From sequence record SRR2962707_925: a stretch of 64,000 bases of DNA; one strand, written 5' to 3'. The translations under genes and the position numbers were made by a program. The notes below the pieces were generated by a model. The model was not told the DNA's origin, ran no database searches, and worked only from the letters and a program-made list of their open reading frames with translations. Shown here piece by piece: positions 18,502 to 32,919 of this stretch. The stretch's first letter is position 1; each line of letters opens with the position of its first letter.

Positions 18502-19179
18502 ATGTCCTACACACTGACCAGAGCGGAACCTTCGCCGGACGGTGACACGCAATACCCGGTACGGCAACAGGAACCGTCGGAAGATCCGGTGAAACGCCAG
18601 CTTGAACGCAATGTGTTCACCGGCAAGCTGAGCGACGTTCTCAATTCCGCGGTCAACTGGGGCCGCAAGAATTCCCTTTGGCCCTACAACTTCGGGCTGT
18701 CCTGCTGCTACGTGGAAATGACCACGGCCTTCACCGCGCCCCACGACATTGCCCGTTTCGGCTCCGAAGTTATCCGCGCATCGCCCCGACAGGCGGATTT
18801 CATGGTGATTGCCGGCACCTGCTTCATCAAGATGGCACCGGTGATCCAGCAACTGTACGACCAGATGCTGGAGCCCAAGTGGGTAATCTCCATGGGCTCA
18901 TGCGCAAACTCCGGCGGTATGTACGACATCTACTCGGTGGTGCAGGGCGTCGACAAGTTCCTGCCAGTGGATGTGTATGTGCCCGGTTGCCCGCCCCGGC
19001 CAGAGGCCTTTCTGCAGGGGTTGCAGTTGCTGCAGGACTCCATCCAGGAAGAACGCCGCCCGCTGTCCTGGGTGGTGGGCGATCAGGGGGTCTATCGGGC
19101 GGAGATGCCGTCCCAGCGTGAAAAATGGCGGGACCAGCGCATCCAGGCCACCGAACTGAGAACGCCGGACAAACTGTGA
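18502..19179 (+). CDS. nuoB: NADH-quinone oxidoreductase subunit B
   Basis: [32 protein letters not shown]. Confidence 0.96.
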   Translation: MSYTLTRAEPSPDGDTQYPVRQQEPSEDPVKRQLERNVFTGKLSDVLNSAVNWGRKNSLWPYNFGLSCCYVEMTTAFTAPHDIARFGSEVIRASPRQADFMVIAGTCFIKMAPVIQQLYDQMLEPKWVISMGSCANSGGMYDIYSVVQGVDKFLPVDVYVPGCPPRPEAFLQGLQLLQDSIQEERRPLSWVVGDQGVYRAEMPSQREKWRDQRIQATELRTPDKL

Positions 19180-20936
19180 CAAACGCAACGATGACGACAG
19201 GCACCGCTGACTTCGAGAGCCTGCTGGGCGATTTTAGAGAGGATGTACTGCATGTACAGCCCACGCTGACGGGCATGCCCGTATTCTGGGTGTCTCGTGA
19301 GAGCATCGTGGATATCCTGACCCACTTGAAGCGGCAGCCAGCGCCATTTTCCATGCTCTATGACCTGTCGGCCGTGGATGAGCGCTTGCGTGGTCACAGG
19401 AACGGTCTGCCAGAGGCTGACTTCACCGTGTTCTACCACTTGCTGTCGGTGGAGCGTAATGAAGACCTGATCCTGAAGGTTGGGCTGCCAGAGAGCGATT
19501 TGCGGGTGCCCACCGTTAGCAACGTCTTCGCCAATGCCAACTGGTACGAGCGGGAAATCCTGGATATGTTCGGCATCGCCGTCGCCGGGCACCCGCATCC
19601 GGAGCGGATCCTGATGCCGCCGACCTGGACAGGCCATCCGCTGCGGAAGGATTACCCCGCCCGGGCCACCGAGTTCGACCCCTATACCCTGACTGTGGAA
19701 GGCCAGGATGCCGAACAGGAAGCCATGCGGTTCGACCCGGAAGCCTGGGGCATGCAGCGTGAACGCGACGGGGCGGAGTTCATGTTCCTCAACCTGGGGC
19801 CCAACCACCCATCCGCCCATGGGGCTTTCCGCATTGTGCTGCAACTGGATGGTGAGGAAATCGTCGATTGCGTGCCAGACATTGGCTACCACCACCGGGG
19901 CGCCGAGAAAATGGCCGAGCGCCAGTCCTGGCACAGCTTTATTCCCTACACTGATCGCATTGACTACACCGGTGGCGTGATGAACAACCTGCCTTATGTG
20001 CTGGCCGCAGAAAAACTGGCCGGTATTGAGGTGCCGGACAGGGTGAAGGTGATTCGGGTGATGATGGCCGAGATGTTCCGCATCACCAGCCATCTGTTGT
20101 TCCTCGGGACGTACCTGCAGGATCTGGGGGCCATGACGCCGGTGTTCTACACCTTCAGCGACCGGCAGCGGGGCTACGAGGTGATCGAAGGCATTACCGG
20201 TTTTCGCATGCACCCGGCCTGGTACCGCATTGGCGGTGTGATGCAAGACCTGCCACAGGGTTGGGAAAAATTGGTGCAGGGCTTTCTGGACTGGATGCCT
20301 GCACGCCTGAAGGAATACGAGCGGGCGATGATGGAAAACGCCATCGTGCGCGAGCGGACCCGCCATGTGGCGGCCTTCAATACAGCCGAGGCACTGGAGT
20401 GGGGGGTGACCGGGCCTAACCTGCGGGCCACCGGCTGCGATTTTGATTTGCGTAAGCAGCGGCCTTACTCCGGTTATGAACAGTTCGATTTCGAGGTGCC
20501 GCTGGGCCACAACGGGGATGTGTTCGACCGGGGTCAGTTGCGTATCGATGAAATGCGCCAGAGCCTTCGAATCATCCAGCAGTGCGTCAACAACATGCCC
20601 GCGGGTGACTACAAGGCAGATCATCCTCTGACGACGCCACCACCCCGGGAACGCATGCTCCAGCACATTGAAACCCTCATTACCCACTTCCTGCAGGTGT
20701 CCTGGGGGCCGGTGCTGGAACCCAATGAATCCCTGCAGATGATTGAGGCCACCAAGGGCATCAACAGTTATTACCTGACCAGTGACGGCAACACCATGAG
20801 CTACCGTACCCGCATCCGCACCCCGAGTTTTCCGCACCTGCAGCAGATACCGGCGGTGATGCGCGGAGGCTTCGTGCCGGACCTGATCGCCCACCTGGGC
20901 AGTATCGACTTCGTGATGGCAGACGTGGACCGTTGA
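19176..20936 (+). CDS. nuoCD: NADH-quinone oxidoreductase fused subunit C/D
   Basis: [46 protein letters not shown] overlaps the nuoB stop. Confidence 0.95.
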   Translation: MTNATMTTGTADFESLLGDFREDVLHVQPTLTGMPVFWVSRESIVDILTHLKRQPAPFSMLYDLSAVDERLRGHRNGLPEADFTVFYHLLSVERNEDLILKVGLPESDLRVPTVSNVFANANWYEREILDMFGIAVAGHPHPERILMPPTWTGHPLRKDYPARATEFDPYTLTVEGQDAEQEAMRFDPEAWGMQRERDGAEFMFLNLGPNHPSAHGAFRIVLQLDGEEIVDCVPDIGYHHRGAEKMAERQSWHSFIPYTDRIDYTGGVMNNLPYVLAAEKLAGIEVPDRVKVIRVMMAEMFRITSHLLFLGTYLQDLGAMTPVFYTFSDRQRGYEVIEGITGFRMHPAWYRIGGVMQDLPQGWEKLVQGFLDWMPARLKEYERAMMENAIVRERTRHVAAFNTAEALEWGVTGPNLRATGCDFDLRKQRPYSGYEQFDFEVPLGHNGDVFDRGQLRIDEMRQSLRIIQQCVNNMPAGDYKADHPLTTPPPRERMLQHIETLITHFLQVSWGPVLEPNESLQMIEATKGINSYYLTSDGNTMSYRTRIRTPSFPHLQQIPAVMRGGFVPDLIAHLGSIDFVMADVDR

Positions 20937-21451
20937 TGATGGCAACAACACCGCAGACACATCGGCTTATCGGCACCGACGGATTCGAACTTGATCCCGC
21001 GGATGAGGCCGCGATGCTGGAAGAAGTAGGGCACTACGAGCAGCCCCAGGCCGCGTGCATTGAGGCCCTGAAAATCGTCCAGCGCCGATACGGCTGGGTG
21101 CCGGATGGTGCCATTGGCGCCATTGCAAAGGTGCTTGGTATCGGCCCCGCGTCGGTAGAGGGCGTGGCGACCTTCTACAGCCTGATTTTTCGACAGCCGG
21201 TGGGTCGGCATGTGGTGCTGGTCTGTGACAGCAGTTCCTGTTTTCTGAGTGGTTTCGACGAATTGAAACAGGCGCTGGCGAGCCATCTTGGAATCGACTA
21301 TGGCCAGACCACAGAAGACGGCCGGTTCACCCTGCTGCCGGTCTGCTGCCTGGGTGCCTGCGATGGCGCGCCGGCGCTGATGATTGACGATGATACCTAT
21401 GGCCCGGTGTCGCCGGACGACCTGCCGGGCCTGCTGGAGGGTTACCCATGA
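20933..21451 (+). CDS. nuoE: NADH-quinone oxidoreductase subunit E
   Basis: VATFY, CDSSSC, CCLGAC 2Fe-2S ligands. Confidence 0.95.
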   Translation: MMMATTPQTHRLIGTDGFELDPADEAAMLEEVGHYEQPQAACIEALKIVQRRYGWVPDGAIGAIAKVLGIGPASVEGVATFYSLIFRQPVGRHVVLVCDSSSCFLSGFDELKQALASHLGIDYGQTTEDGRFTLLPVCCLGACDGAPALMIDDDTYGPVSPDDLPGLLEGYP

Positions 21452-22830
21452 GCGAGTCCATTTCCAGCCAGCGTACGTCCGTGCGTTATCGCAGCCGGCT
21501 GTTGCAACCGGAGGCGGACCGTCATCCGGATAGCCATCCGCTGACCTGGCGGCTGCGGGACGACGGCGAAGTGATCTGGCTTGACGAATACCTGCGCAAG
21601 GAAGGCTACCAGTCGGTTCGCAAGGCGCTGGACAACGGCGACCCCCAGGCCATCATCGCCACCATGAAAGACGCCAATGTACGAGGTCGCGGGGGTGCAG
21701 GCTTTTCCGCCGGGCTCAAGTGGAGTCTGACCCTGCAGGGCGGAAACATGCCCCGGGGCTACCTGATCTGCAATGCGGACGAAATGGAACCAGGCACCTT
21801 CAAGGACCGCCTGCTGATGGAGCAACAGCCTCACCTGCTGATCGAAGGCATGATTCTGGGGGCTTTGGCCAACAATTCCTTTTACGGCTACATCTTCCTA
21901 CGCGGTGAATACGTGGAGGCAGCTCGAGTTCTGAACCGAGCTCTGGACGAAGCCAGGGAGGCCGGTTGGCTGGGCGCCAACATTAATGGCAGCGGCTTTG
22001 ATTTCGACATTGCCGTGCATACCGGCGCAGGGCGGTACATCTGTGGCGAGGAAACCGCACTGATCAATTCGCTGGAAGGCAAACGGGCCAACCCCCGTGC
22101 CAAGCCGCCGTTCCCGGGCCAGTCCGGGGCCTGGGGCAAACCCTCGGTGGTGAACAATGTGGAAACCCTGTGCAACGTGCCGGCGGTGATCCTCAAGGGT
22201 GCGGACTGGTATCAGGCACTTTCCGGAGATCGCACTGAAGACGGCGGCAGCAAACTCTATGGCGTGTCCGGCCCGGTGGAGAAGCCCGGCCTGTGGGAAT
22301 TGCCCATGGGGACAACCGGCGCCGAGATCCTTGAGCGGGCTGGGGGTATGGGTGGCAACCGATCACTCAAGGCCTGGCTGCCAGGCGGCGCCAGCACCGG
22401 GTTTCTGTTGCCGGAGCATCTCGAGCTGCCGCTGGATTTCGACACCGTGGGCAAGGAGGGCAGCCGCCTGGGGACGGGGCTGCTGACGGTGGTGCCTCAG
22501 GAACAGAGCATGGTGGCGCTGATGCGCAACCTGGAGGAGTTTTTTGCACGGGAATCCTGTGGTTGGTGCACCCCCTGCCGGGACGGGCTGCCGTGGACGG
22601 TCAAGCTGCTGTGGGCACTGGAACTGGGGCAGGGTGAAACCGGCGATATCGAACTACTGGACAAGCTGGCGGCGGACTGCGGCCCAGGGCTGACCTTCTG
22701 CGCCCATGCGCCCGGTGCCGCCATGCCGTTACAGACGGCCCTCAAACACTTCCGGCAGGAGTTTGAACAAGGCGTCAGCAAACCCAGGGGTAAGGCCCAT
22801 CAGGACCCGATTCCGGTGGGAGAAGTCTGA
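21448..22830 (+). CDS. nuoF: NADH-quinone oxidoreductase subunit F
   Basis: [38 protein letters not shown]. Confidence 0.96.
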   Translation: MSESISSQRTSVRYRSRLLQPEADRHPDSHPLTWRLRDDGEVIWLDEYLRKEGYQSVRKALDNGDPQAIIATMKDANVRGRGGAGFSAGLKWSLTLQGGNMPRGYLICNADEMEPGTFKDRLLMEQQPHLLIEGMILGALANNSFYGYIFLRGEYVEAARVLNRALDEAREAGWLGANINGSGFDFDIAVHTGAGRYICGEETALINSLEGKRANPRAKPPFPGQSGAWGKPSVVNNVETLCNVPAVILKGADWYQALSGDRTEDGGSKLYGVSGPVEKPGLWELPMGTTGAEILERAGGMGGNRSLKAWLPGGASTGFLLPEHLELPLDFDTVGKEGSRLGTGLLTVVPQEQSMVALMRNLEEFFARESCGWCTPCRDGLPWTVKLLWALELGQGETGDIELLDKLAADCGPGLTFCAHAPGAAMPLQTALKHFRQEFEQGVSKPRGKAHQDPIPVGEV

Positions 22831-22860
22831 GCGAAAGTCATCGAAGGATAGGCAGGCAAC

Positions 22861-25593
22861 ATGGCGACGATTCACGTGGATGGACAACGCTATACGGTCA
22901 ATGGAGCCCACAACCTGCTCCAGGCGTGTCTGTCCCTCGGCCTGGATATTCCCTATTTCTGCTGGCACCCGGCCATGGGCAGTGTGGGTGCCTGCCGCCA
23001 GTGCGCGGTCAAACAGTATAAGGACAAGGACGACGACAAGGGCATGGTGGTGATGTCCTGCATGACGCCAGCCGCAGACCAGACCCGCATTGATATCGAC
23101 GATGAGGAAGCCAAAGCCTTCCGCGCCAGTGTGGTGGAGTGGCTGATGATCAACCATCCCCACGACTGCCCGGTGTGCGAGGAGGGCGGGCATTGTCACC
23201 TGCAGGACATGACGGTGATGACCGGCCATGATCGACGGCGTTACCGATTCCGCAAGCGCACGCGCCGGAACCAGTATTTGGGCCCGTTCATTGCCCATGA
23301 GATGAACCGGTGCATTACCTGTTACCGCTGTGTGCGCTTTTACAACGACTACGCCGGTGGTACCGACCTGGGGGCCTTTGGTGCCAAGGATAATGTCTAT
23401 TTCGGTCGCTACGAAGAAGGCATCCTGGAAAGCCCCTTCGCCGGCAATCTTACGGAAGTATGCCCCACAGGCGTGTTCACGGATCAGAGCCATTCCGAAC
23501 GTTACACCCGCAAGTGGGATTTGCAGTTTGCGCCTGGCATCTGCCACCAGTGTTCAATGGGCTGCAACATCAGCCCGGGGGAGCGGTACGGAGAGTTGCG
23601 CCGTATTGAAAATCGCTACCACGGTGAGGTGAACGGGTATTTCCTCTGTGACCGGGGCCGGTTCGGCTATGGTTACGTCAACCGCGCAGACCGGCCGCGA
23701 CTGCCGGAATGTCGGGAATCGTCAGACAGTGATCCGGTCAGCCTCGAAGTGGACACCGCTCTGGCCCGTATCAGCGACGCACTGCGCCATTCGCACCGGG
23801 TGATCGGCATCGGCTCGCCACGGGCCAGCCTGGAGAGTAATCACCAGTTGCAGGCATTGGTCGGCGTGGAAAATTTCTCCACCGGCATTGAGGCGCGGGA
23901 ACAGGCCTGTCTTGACCTGATGAATCATCTGCAACGCCATACCGGCCTGCCAACGCCCACGCCCCGCGAAATGGAAGATCACGACGCCGTGTTGGTTCTG
24001 GGCGAAGACCCGGTCCAGAGCGCCGGTCGTCTGGGCTTGAGCCTTCGTCAGGCCGCGCTGTCGCGTCGTGAGGCATTGGGCGAGGCCATTGGTGTGCCCG
24101 CTTGGAATGCCGAAGCCCTCAAAACCCTGGCGCAGGATCGTTACCACCCGCTGTTTATCGCCTGGCCTACGACAACGGAGCTGGACGATGTGGCTGCGGC
24201 TCGTTATGCCTTGAGTCCCGATGAGATTGCCAGTCTTGGCTTTGCGGTGGCCCATCGGATCGAGCCGGCCGCCCCGCCGGTGGAAGGGCTTTCTGAGGCC
24301 ATGGTTGAGGCTGCTGAAACCATTGCCACTGCTTTAATGGCGGCGGAGCGCCCTTTGGTGGTGAGTGGTGGGTCGCTGGCCTCCGCACCGGTACTGGAAG
24401 CGGCCGGGAATGTGGCCCGGGCATTGTCCCGGCGCGCCAAACGGGGCGGGCTGGCACTGATACGGCGCGAGGCCAACAGCACGGGCTCGTCGCTGATGGG
24501 CGGCCAACCGCTGGACTGGGCGCTGGAGGAGCTGGCTAAAGGCCACGCGAATGCGGTGGTGGTGCTGGAAAACGACCTGTTCCAACGACTGCCCCGGAAA
24601 ACGGTGGATGCAGCGCTGGCGCAGGCAGAGATCTGCGTGGTGCTTGATCATCAACGCACGGCAACGGCCGAGCGCGCTAACTTCCTGCTGTCCGCGGCCA
24701 GTTTCGCGGAGGCGGACGGTACGCTGGTTAACCTGGAGGGCCGGGCCCAACGCTTCTTCCAGGTATATGACCCAAGTTACATGCGGCCGGAAAGCCGTAT
24801 TCATGAAAGCTGGCGCTGGTTGCACGCACTGGCGGTGAACCTGCAAGGCGAGAAGGCCGGTGATATCACCCTGGATACCGTCATTGCGGCGTGTGTCGAG
24901 GCTCATCCAGAGCTGAGCGGTATGGAGGAGGCCGCTCCCGCCTCACACTACCGCATTGATGGTCTGCAGCTGGCGCGGGAGCCCCACCGGTACAGTGGCC
25001 GTACCTCCATGCGGGCGAACCAGAACGTCAGCGAACCACGGGTGCCGCAGGACCCGGATTCCGCGTTTGCCTATTCCATGGAGGGCTACAGCGGTTATCA
25101 CGAACCCCGGCAGCAGGTGCCCTTTGCCTGGGCGCCAGGCTGGAACTCGCCCCAGGCCTGGAACAAGTTTACCGACGAAGTAGGCGGGCATTTGCGCGGC
25201 GGTGACCCCGGCGTGCGTTTGATGCGCCCGGTTCCGGGGCAGGGCCATTACAGCCGGCCGCCTCAACGTGCCGAGGGCGTCGAAAGTGGAGAACGCTCGC
25301 CAGCTTTACGGGCTCTGATTCTGCCAAGACTGTTCGGTGGCGAAGAGACGTCCTCATTGGCCACGCCCATTCAAAAACGTACGCATACGCCCAGTGTCAC
25401 CCTGAGCCGGGAAGACGCTGAACACTTCTCGGTCCGGGGCGGTGACACGGTGACCATTCTTGGGGAAACGCTATCAGTGGTTCAGCAGGATGGCTGGCCT
25501 AAAGGCTGGATCGGTCTTCCGGCCGGGCTGTTTGCCGGACTGCTTCCGGGAGAGCCAGTCGCACTGAATAACTCCGCCGGAGGTGAACCATGA
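22861..25593 (+). CDS. nuoG: NADH-quinone oxidoreductase subunit G
   Basis: [35 protein letters not shown] Fe-S motifs. Confidence 0.95.
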   Translation: MATIHVDGQRYTVNGAHNLLQACLSLGLDIPYFCWHPAMGSVGACRQCAVKQYKDKDDDKGMVVMSCMTPAADQTRIDIDDEEAKAFRASVVEWLMINHPHDCPVCEEGGHCHLQDMTVMTGHDRRRYRFRKRTRRNQYLGPFIAHEMNRCITCYRCVRFYNDYAGGTDLGAFGAKDNVYFGRYEEGILESPFAGNLTEVCPTGVFTDQSHSERYTRKWDLQFAPGICHQCSMGCNISPGERYGELRRIENRYHGEVNGYFLCDRGRFGYGYVNRADRPRLPECRESSDSDPVSLEVDTALARISDALRHSHRVIGIGSPRASLESNHQLQALVGVENFSTGIEAREQACLDLMNHLQRHTGLPTPTPREMEDHDAVLVLGEDPVQSAGRLGLSLRQAALSRREALGEAIGVPAWNAEALKTLAQDRYHPLFIAWPTTTELDDVAAARYALSPDEIASLGFAVAHRIEPAAPPVEGLSEAMVEAAETIATALMAAERPLVVSGGSLASAPVLEAAGNVARALSRRAKRGGLALIRREANSTGSSLMGGQPLDWALEELAKGHANAVVVLENDLFQRLPRKTVDAALAQAEICVVLDHQRTATAERANFLLSAASFAEADGTLVNLEGRAQRFFQVYDPSYMRPESRIHESWRWLHALAVNLQGEKAGDITLDTVIAACVEAHPELSGMEEAAPASHYRIDGLQLAREPHRYSGRTSMRANQNVSEPRVPQDPDSAFAYSMEGYSGYHEPRQQVPFAWAPGWNSPQAWNKFTDEVGGHLRGGDPGVRLMRPVPGQGHYSRPPQRAEGVESGERSPALRALILPRLFGGEETSSLATPIQKRTHTPSVTLSREDAEHFSVRGGDTVTILGETLSVVQQDGWPKGWIGLPAGLFAGLLPGEPVALNNSAGGEP

Positions 25594-26567
25594 CCTGGTG
25601 GACTCCGCAACTGGCTGCCATTGCTTGGGGGATGTTCCAGGCCCTGGTGATCCTGCTGGGTGCTGTGCTGCTGGGTGCAGTGCTCACGGTAGTGGAGCGT
25701 CGCCTGCTGGGGCTCTGGCAGGACCGTTACGGGCCCAATCGGGTCGGGCCGTTTGGCACGCTGCAATTGGTTGCGGACATGATCAAGATCTTCTTCAAGG
25801 AGGACTGGATACCGCCATTCGCCGACCGGCCGCTGTTCGTCCTGGCGCCGGTGATTGCCTTTGCCTCATTGCTGCTGTCGTTTGTCATTATCCCGATCAC
25901 CCCCGGTTGGGGCGTGGCGGACATGCACATTGGCTTGCTGTTTTTTCTGGCCATGGCTGGGGTCAACGTCTACGCGGTTTTGCTCGGGGGTTGGTCCGGC
26001 GGCAACAAATACGCGCTGCTGGGCGCCATGCGGGCCACGGCCCAGACGCTGTCCTACGAAGTGTTCATGGGGCTGTCGCTGATGGGGGTGGTGGCCCTGG
26101 CCGGGTCGTTCAACCTGCGGGACATCGTCAACGCCCAGGAAGGTTTCTGGTTCATCATTCCCCAGTTCTTCGGTTTTGCCACCTTCCTGATCGCCGGTAT
26201 TGCCGTCACGCACCGCCACCCGTTCGACCAGCCGGAAGCCGAACAGGAGCTGGCCGACGGGTACCACATTGAGTACTCCGGCATGAAATTCGGCCTGTTT
26301 TTCATCGGCGAGTACGTCGGCATGGTGCTGGTGTCGGCGCTTATCGTCACGCTGTTCTTTGGCGGCTGGCACGGCCCGTGGCTGCCGCCAATCCTGTGGT
26401 TTGCGCTCAAGACCGGCTTCTTCCTGATGCTGTTTATCCTGTTGCGGGCGTCGCTGCCCCGGCCCCGCTATGACCGGGTGATGAGCTTCGGCTGGAAGGT
26501 GTGCCTGCCACTGACATTAGTCAACTTACTGGCTACGGGGGCGGTGATGCTCCTGGTGGCTGAATAA
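25590..26567 (+). CDS. nuoH: NADH-quinone oxidoreductase subunit H
   Basis: [27 protein letters not shown]. Confidence 0.96.
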   Translation: MTWWTPQLAAIAWGMFQALVILLGAVLLGAVLTVVERRLLGLWQDRYGPNRVGPFGTLQLVADMIKIFFKEDWIPPFADRPLFVLAPVIAFASLLLSFVIIPITPGWGVADMHIGLLFFLAMAGVNVYAVLLGGWSGGNKYALLGAMRATAQTLSYEVFMGLSLMGVVALAGSFNLRDIVNAQEGFWFIIPQFFGFATFLIAGIAVTHRHPFDQPEAEQELADGYHIEYSGMKFGLFFIGEYVGMVLVSALIVTLFFGGWHGPWLPPILWFALKTGFFLMLFILLRASLPRPRYDRVMSFGWKVCLPLTLVNLLATGAVMLLVAE

Positions 26568-26577
26568 GGGAGGGCTT

Positions 26578-27147
26578 ATGGAAAGAGAAAAGGTCCCGAT
26601 CATCAAACATATGCTCTGGCTGTTGCCGGCCACCTGGTCGCAATTGCGTACCCTGGGCATGGTTTTCATGCACAGCTTTCGCAAGCGGGAGACGGTGAAC
26701 TATCCGGAACAACAGGTCTATCTGCCACCGCGTTACCGCGGCCGCATCGTGCTGACCCGCGACCCGGACGGGGAAGAGCGTTGCGTGGCCTGCAACCTGT
26801 GTGCGGTGGCCTGCCCGGTGGACTGCATCTCACTGCAGAAGGGAGAGCAGGAAGGCGGCCGCTGGTACCCGGAGTTCTTCCGCATCAACTTCTCCCGCTG
26901 CATTTTCTGCGGCATGTGCGAGGAAGCGTGTCCCACCTCCGCCATCCAATTGACGCCGGACTTCGAGATGGGCGAGTACGATCGCCAGCAACTGGTGTAC
27001 GAGAAAGAGGATCTGCTGATCAATGGTCCCGGCAAGGACCATGACTACCACTTCTACAAGGTGGCGGGCATGGCCATCGGTGGTAAAGACAAGGGCCAGG
27101 CCCAGAACGAGGAGGCGCCGGAGGATGTGCGCACGTTGTTACCCTGA
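26578..27147 (+). CDS. nuoI: NADH-quinone oxidoreductase subunit I
   Basis: [12 protein letters not shown] and [12 protein letters not shown]. Confidence 0.96.
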   Translation: MEREKVPIIKHMLWLLPATWSQLRTLGMVFMHSFRKRETVNYPEQQVYLPPRYRGRIVLTRDPDGEERCVACNLCAVACPVDCISLQKGEQEGGRWYPEFFRINFSRCIFCGMCEEACPTSAIQLTPDFEMGEYDRQQLVYEKEDLLINGPGKDHDYHFYKVAGMAIGGKDKGQAQNEEAPEDVRTLLP

Positions 27148-27189
27148 TAGTCACCGCAATAGCGACCGCAAGCCGGAGGAGGCAACCTG

Positions 27190-27732
27190 ATGGAGCTGGC
27201 CTTCTATGTCAGCGGACTGGTGGCGGTGCTGGCGACCATAGGCGTGATCACCGGCACCAGCCCGGTTCATGCGGTGGTGTATCTGATCGTGTCGCTGATC
27301 GCCGTGGCACTGGTGTTCTTTGCCCTGGGGGCACCATTTGCCGGCGCCCTGGAAATCATCGTGTATGCCGGGGCGATCATGGTGCTGTTTGTGTTCGTGG
27401 TGATGATGCTGAACCTGCGGTCGGATGCGGAGCGGGAACAGTCCTGGCGGAATCCTCGCCATTGGGCAGGGCCATCGTTGCTAACGTTGCTGCTTCTGGG
27501 TGCCCTGGCGGCCCTGATCGGTCAGGGTGGCATGGGGCAGATGATCGATGGTGAGCTGCTGACCGCACGGGCCGTGGCCCTGACTCTGTTCGGGCCCTGG
27601 TTGATGGTGGTGGAGCTGGCCGCCATTCTCCTGCTGGCGGCCCTGGTGACAGCGTCCCATGTGGGGCGGCGATCAAATCCTTTGCGAAAGCAGACGACAT
27701 TGGACAACCGCAACCAGGGAGGCAACTCATGA
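27190..27732 (+). CDS. nuoJ: NADH-quinone oxidoreductase subunit J
   Basis: [25 protein letters not shown]. Confidence 0.94.
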   Translation: MELAFYVSGLVAVLATIGVITGTSPVHAVVYLIVSLIAVALVFFALGAPFAGALEIIVYAGAIMVLFVFVVMMLNLRSDAEREQSWRNPRHWAGPSLLTLLLLGALAALIGQGGMGQMIDGELLTARAVALTLFGPWLMVVELAAILLLAALVTASHVGRRSNPLRKQTTLDNRNQGGNS

Positions 27733-28033
27733 CGGGAATTCCCATGGAGCATGGGCTGATCCTGGCCGCCATTCTGTTCAGCCTGGGACTGCTGGGGCTG
27801 ATGCTGCGCCGCAGTATGTTGTTTGTGCTGATGAGCCTGGAAGTCATGCTCAACTCGGCGGCGCTGGCATTTGTGGTGGGGGCCACGGCCTGGAACCAGC
27901 CGGACGGCCAGGCCATGTTCCTGCTGGTCATTACCCTGGCGGCGGCGGAAGCCAGTGTTGGGCTGGCGCTGATGATTCAGCTTTACCAGCGCTTCCGCTC
28001 CCTGAATCTGGATGCCGTTAGCAGGATGCGTGG

Positions 28034-28037
<4 letters not shown>
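27729..28037 (+). CDS. nuoK: NADH-quinone oxidoreductase subunit K
   Basis: [20 protein letters not shown]. Confidence 0.95.
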
Positions 28038-29898
<1,861 letters not shown>

Positions 29899-29902
<4 letters not shown>

Positions 29903-31434
29903 TCCTGGTGTGGCTGATCCTGATCCCGTTTGTGGGTGGGCTGCTGTGCTGGCAGGCGGACCAGTGGGGCGACAGGGCGCCTCGCTGGATAGCGCTGGCC
30001 ACCATGTTGTTTGTACTGGTTATCAGCCTGGTGCTCTGGGTAACCGGTGATTTTGCGTTGCCGGGTGAGGTCACCAGGCATTGGCTGCTGGAATGGAGAA
30101 CGTCCTGGATCCCGCGTTTTGGTATTGAGATTCATCTGGCGATGGACGGCCTGTCGCTGATCCTGGTGGCGTTGACCGGCTTCCTCGGCGCATTGGCTGT
30201 GCTCTGTTCCTGGCACGAGATTGACCACCGTGTGGGCTTTTTCCACCTGAACCTGCTGTTCATCCTCGGTGGTGTGGTGGGCGTATTCCTGGCGCTGGAC
30301 CTGTTCCTGTTCTTCCTGTTCTGGGAAATGATGCTGGTGCCGATGTACTTCCTGATTGCGCTCTGGGGCCACAGCGGCTCGGCGGGGCAGACCCGGATTC
30401 GAGCCGCTACCCGGTTCTTCATCTACACTCAGGCCAGCGGACTGCTGATGCTGGTGGCGATACTCTCACTGGTGTTCGTGCATTACGCCAACACCGGCGA
30501 ACTGTCTTTCAGCTACGATACCTTGCTGGATACTGATGTCCCGGAGGCGCTGGCGCCGTGGCTGATGCTGGGCTTCTTCGTCGCCTTTGCCGTGAAGCTG
30601 CCGGTGGTGCCCTTCCACGGCTGGCTTCCGGATGCCCACGCCCAGGCGCCGACCGCCGGCAGTGTCGATCTGGCCGGTATTCTGTTGAAAACCGCCGCCT
30701 ACGGCATCCTGCGGTTTGCGCTGCCGTTGTTCCCGGAAGAGTCCCAGGCGTTTGCGCCTGTCGCCATGACACTCGGGCTGGTGGGCATTATCTATGGTGC
30801 CGTACTGGCTTGTGGCCAGCAGGACATCAAACGCCTGATCGCCTATACCAGTATTTCCCACATGGGCTTCGTGCTGATTGCTTTGTATTCAGGCTCGGAA
30901 CTGGCGATTCAGGGGGCGATCATCCTAATGGTGGCCCATGCCTTCTCCAGCGCCGGGCTGTTTATTCTCAGCGGCCAACTGTATGAGCGCATTCACACCC
31001 GTGACATGCGGATCATGGGCGGCCTATGGGGTCGAATCCCGGTGCTGCCCGGTTTTACCCTGTGTTTCGTTGCCGCCTCCCTGGGCATGCCCGCCACCGC
31101 CAATTTTGTGGGTGAATTCATGGTGTTGTTTGGCACTTTCCCCAGCGCACCGGTCGTCGTGGTGATCGCCAGCGTGGGGTTGGTGCTGGCGGCGATATAC
31201 TCCCTGCTGTTGATGCAGCGGGTGCATTATGGCCCGGAATACCGCCAGGGCGCCCTGAGAGGGCCGGACGCGAGAGAATACGGCATGATGTTGGTGCTGC
31301 TTGTGCTGACGGTGATGGTGGGGCTCTATCCTCAGCCAATACTCGACATTACCGCCCCGATAGCGGGCCCGGCTGCCGATCTGTTTGAGCAAGCCGGGGC
31401 AGAACTGGCCAGCCGCGCAGGGGAGGTGAACTGA
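29899..31434 (+). CDS. nuoM: NADH-quinone oxidoreductase subunit M
   Basis: FWEMMLVPMY, HGWLPDAHAQAPTAGS, AYTSISHMG. Confidence 0.95.
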
Positions 31435-32873
31435 TGCTGACCCTGGCAAATCTGGTTGCACTCATACCACTGATCGTCGTTGGTGCCACCGCGGTGACCG
31501 TCATGCTTGGCGTAGCCTGGCAGCGGCACCATGGTGCCACAGCGTTGGTTTCGGCCATTGGGCTGGTATTGGCTTTGGCCTGCGTGCCTGTGGCCTCCAC
31601 AGCATTGTCATCGCCGCCACTGATGACTATGGATGGGCTGGCGTTAATGGGCAGCGTGCTGGTGCTCCTGTGTGCGCTGGTCACGGTCGCCCTGAGTCAT
31701 CATTACCTCACCGGTTACATCGGCCCCAAGGAAGAGTTTTACCTGTTGCTCTTGTGTGCGGTGACCGGGGCACTGGGGCTGGTGGCCAGCGACCATCTGG
31801 CGACCCTGTTCATCAGCCTGGAACTGTTGTCGATGCCCCTCTACGGCATGTTGGCCTATAGCTTTCGGGCAGAACGGTCTCTGGAAGCCGGCATCAAGTA
31901 CCTGGTTCTGTCTGCGGCCGCGACGGCGTTCCTGTTGTTTGGCATGGCGTTGATCTATGCCCGTACCGGGCATCTCGACCTGGCGGGCCTGGCGACGGGG
32001 CTGGCAAACACCTCCGATGCGTGGACGCTGGCTGGGGCTGTGTTGATGCTGGTGGGGCTTGGCTTCAAGCTCTCCATTGTTCCCTTTCATCTCTGGACGC
32101 CGGACGTATACCAGGGTGGGCCTGCGCCGGCCACCATTTTCCTCGCCACGGTCAGCAAGTTGGCGGTGTTCGTGCTGTTACTGCGTCTGGTGACCGTTGC
32201 GCCGGTGTTTAACAGCGACTGGTTGAACACGCTGATAACACTGCTGGCCCTGATCACCATGTTGGGGGGCAACCTGTTGGCGTTGTTCCAATCCAACCTG
32301 AAGCGACTGCTTGGCTATTCCTCCATTGCCCATTTTGGCTACCTGATGGTGGCTATCGTTGCAGGTGGGGCACTGGCAGTAGAAACCGTGGGGGTTTATC
32401 TGGTGACCTACCTTGTCACCACACTGGCAGCCTTCGGCGTGGTTACCCAGCTGTCCAGCCCATTCAGTGGTGAAGATGCCGCCGGACTGCACTATTACCG
32501 TGGGCTGTTCTGGCGCCGTCCATGGCTGGCAGCCGTGATGACCGTGAGTTTCCTGTCCCTGGCTGGCATCCCGCTCACGGCGGGGTTTATCGGCAAGTTC
32601 TATGTATTGGCACTGGGGGTTGCTGAAAACCGCTGGTGGCTGGTGGGCGGTATCGTCGCAGGCAGTGCCATTGGCCTGTTCTACTACCTGAGAGTGATGG
32701 TGACCCTGTACCTGCCGGAACCCGGCATGCGCCGGATGGACGCCACCAACGACTGGGGTAACCGCATTGGTGGGCTGACGCTGCTGGTCGTGGCCGTGTT
32801 GATCTTGGTGCTGGGTGTTTATCCCTCGCCAATGATCCAGTGGGTGGCCGGGCTGTCGGCAACGGTTTTCTGA
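31434..32873 (+). CDS. nuoN: NADH-quinone oxidoreductase subunit N
   Basis: LEAGIKY, PFHLWTPDVYQG, YSSIAH, GFIGKF. Confidence 0.95.
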   Translation: MLTLANLVALIPLIVVGATAVTVMLGVAWQRHHGATALVSAIGLVLALACVPVASTALSSPPLMTMDGLALMGSVLVLLCALVTVALSHHYLTGYIGPKEEFYLLLLCAVTGALGLVASDHLATLFISLELLSMPLYGMLAYSFRAERSLEAGIKYLVLSAAATAFLLFGMALIYARTGHLDLAGLATGLANTSDAWTLAGAVLMLVGLGFKLSIVPFHLWTPDVYQGGPAPATIFLATVSKLAVFVLLLRLVTVAPVFNSDWLNTLITLLALITMLGGNLLALFQSNLKRLLGYSSIAHFGYLMVAIVAGGALAVETVGVYLVTYLVTTLAAFGVVTQLSSPFSGEDAAGLHYYRGLFWRRPWLAAVMTVSFLSLAGIPLTAGFIGKFYVLALGVAENRWWLVGGIVAGSAIGLFYYLRVMVTLYLPEPGMRRMDATNDWGNRIGGLTLLVVAVLILVLGVYPSPMIQWVAGLSATVF

Positions 32874-32919
32874 CGTTTAGCTCCGAAAGTTGCGGCCCGG
32901 GTGGAAGCACCGTTTTACT

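Noticed and set aside
19092-20960. 622-aa antisense ORF over nuoCD (and many similar shadow ORFs, e.g. 49699-50580, 52868-53752, 53948-54895)
   Set aside because: They mirror well-supported genes. GC-biased codon usage suppresses stops on the opposite strand, and the translations show no recognisable motifs.
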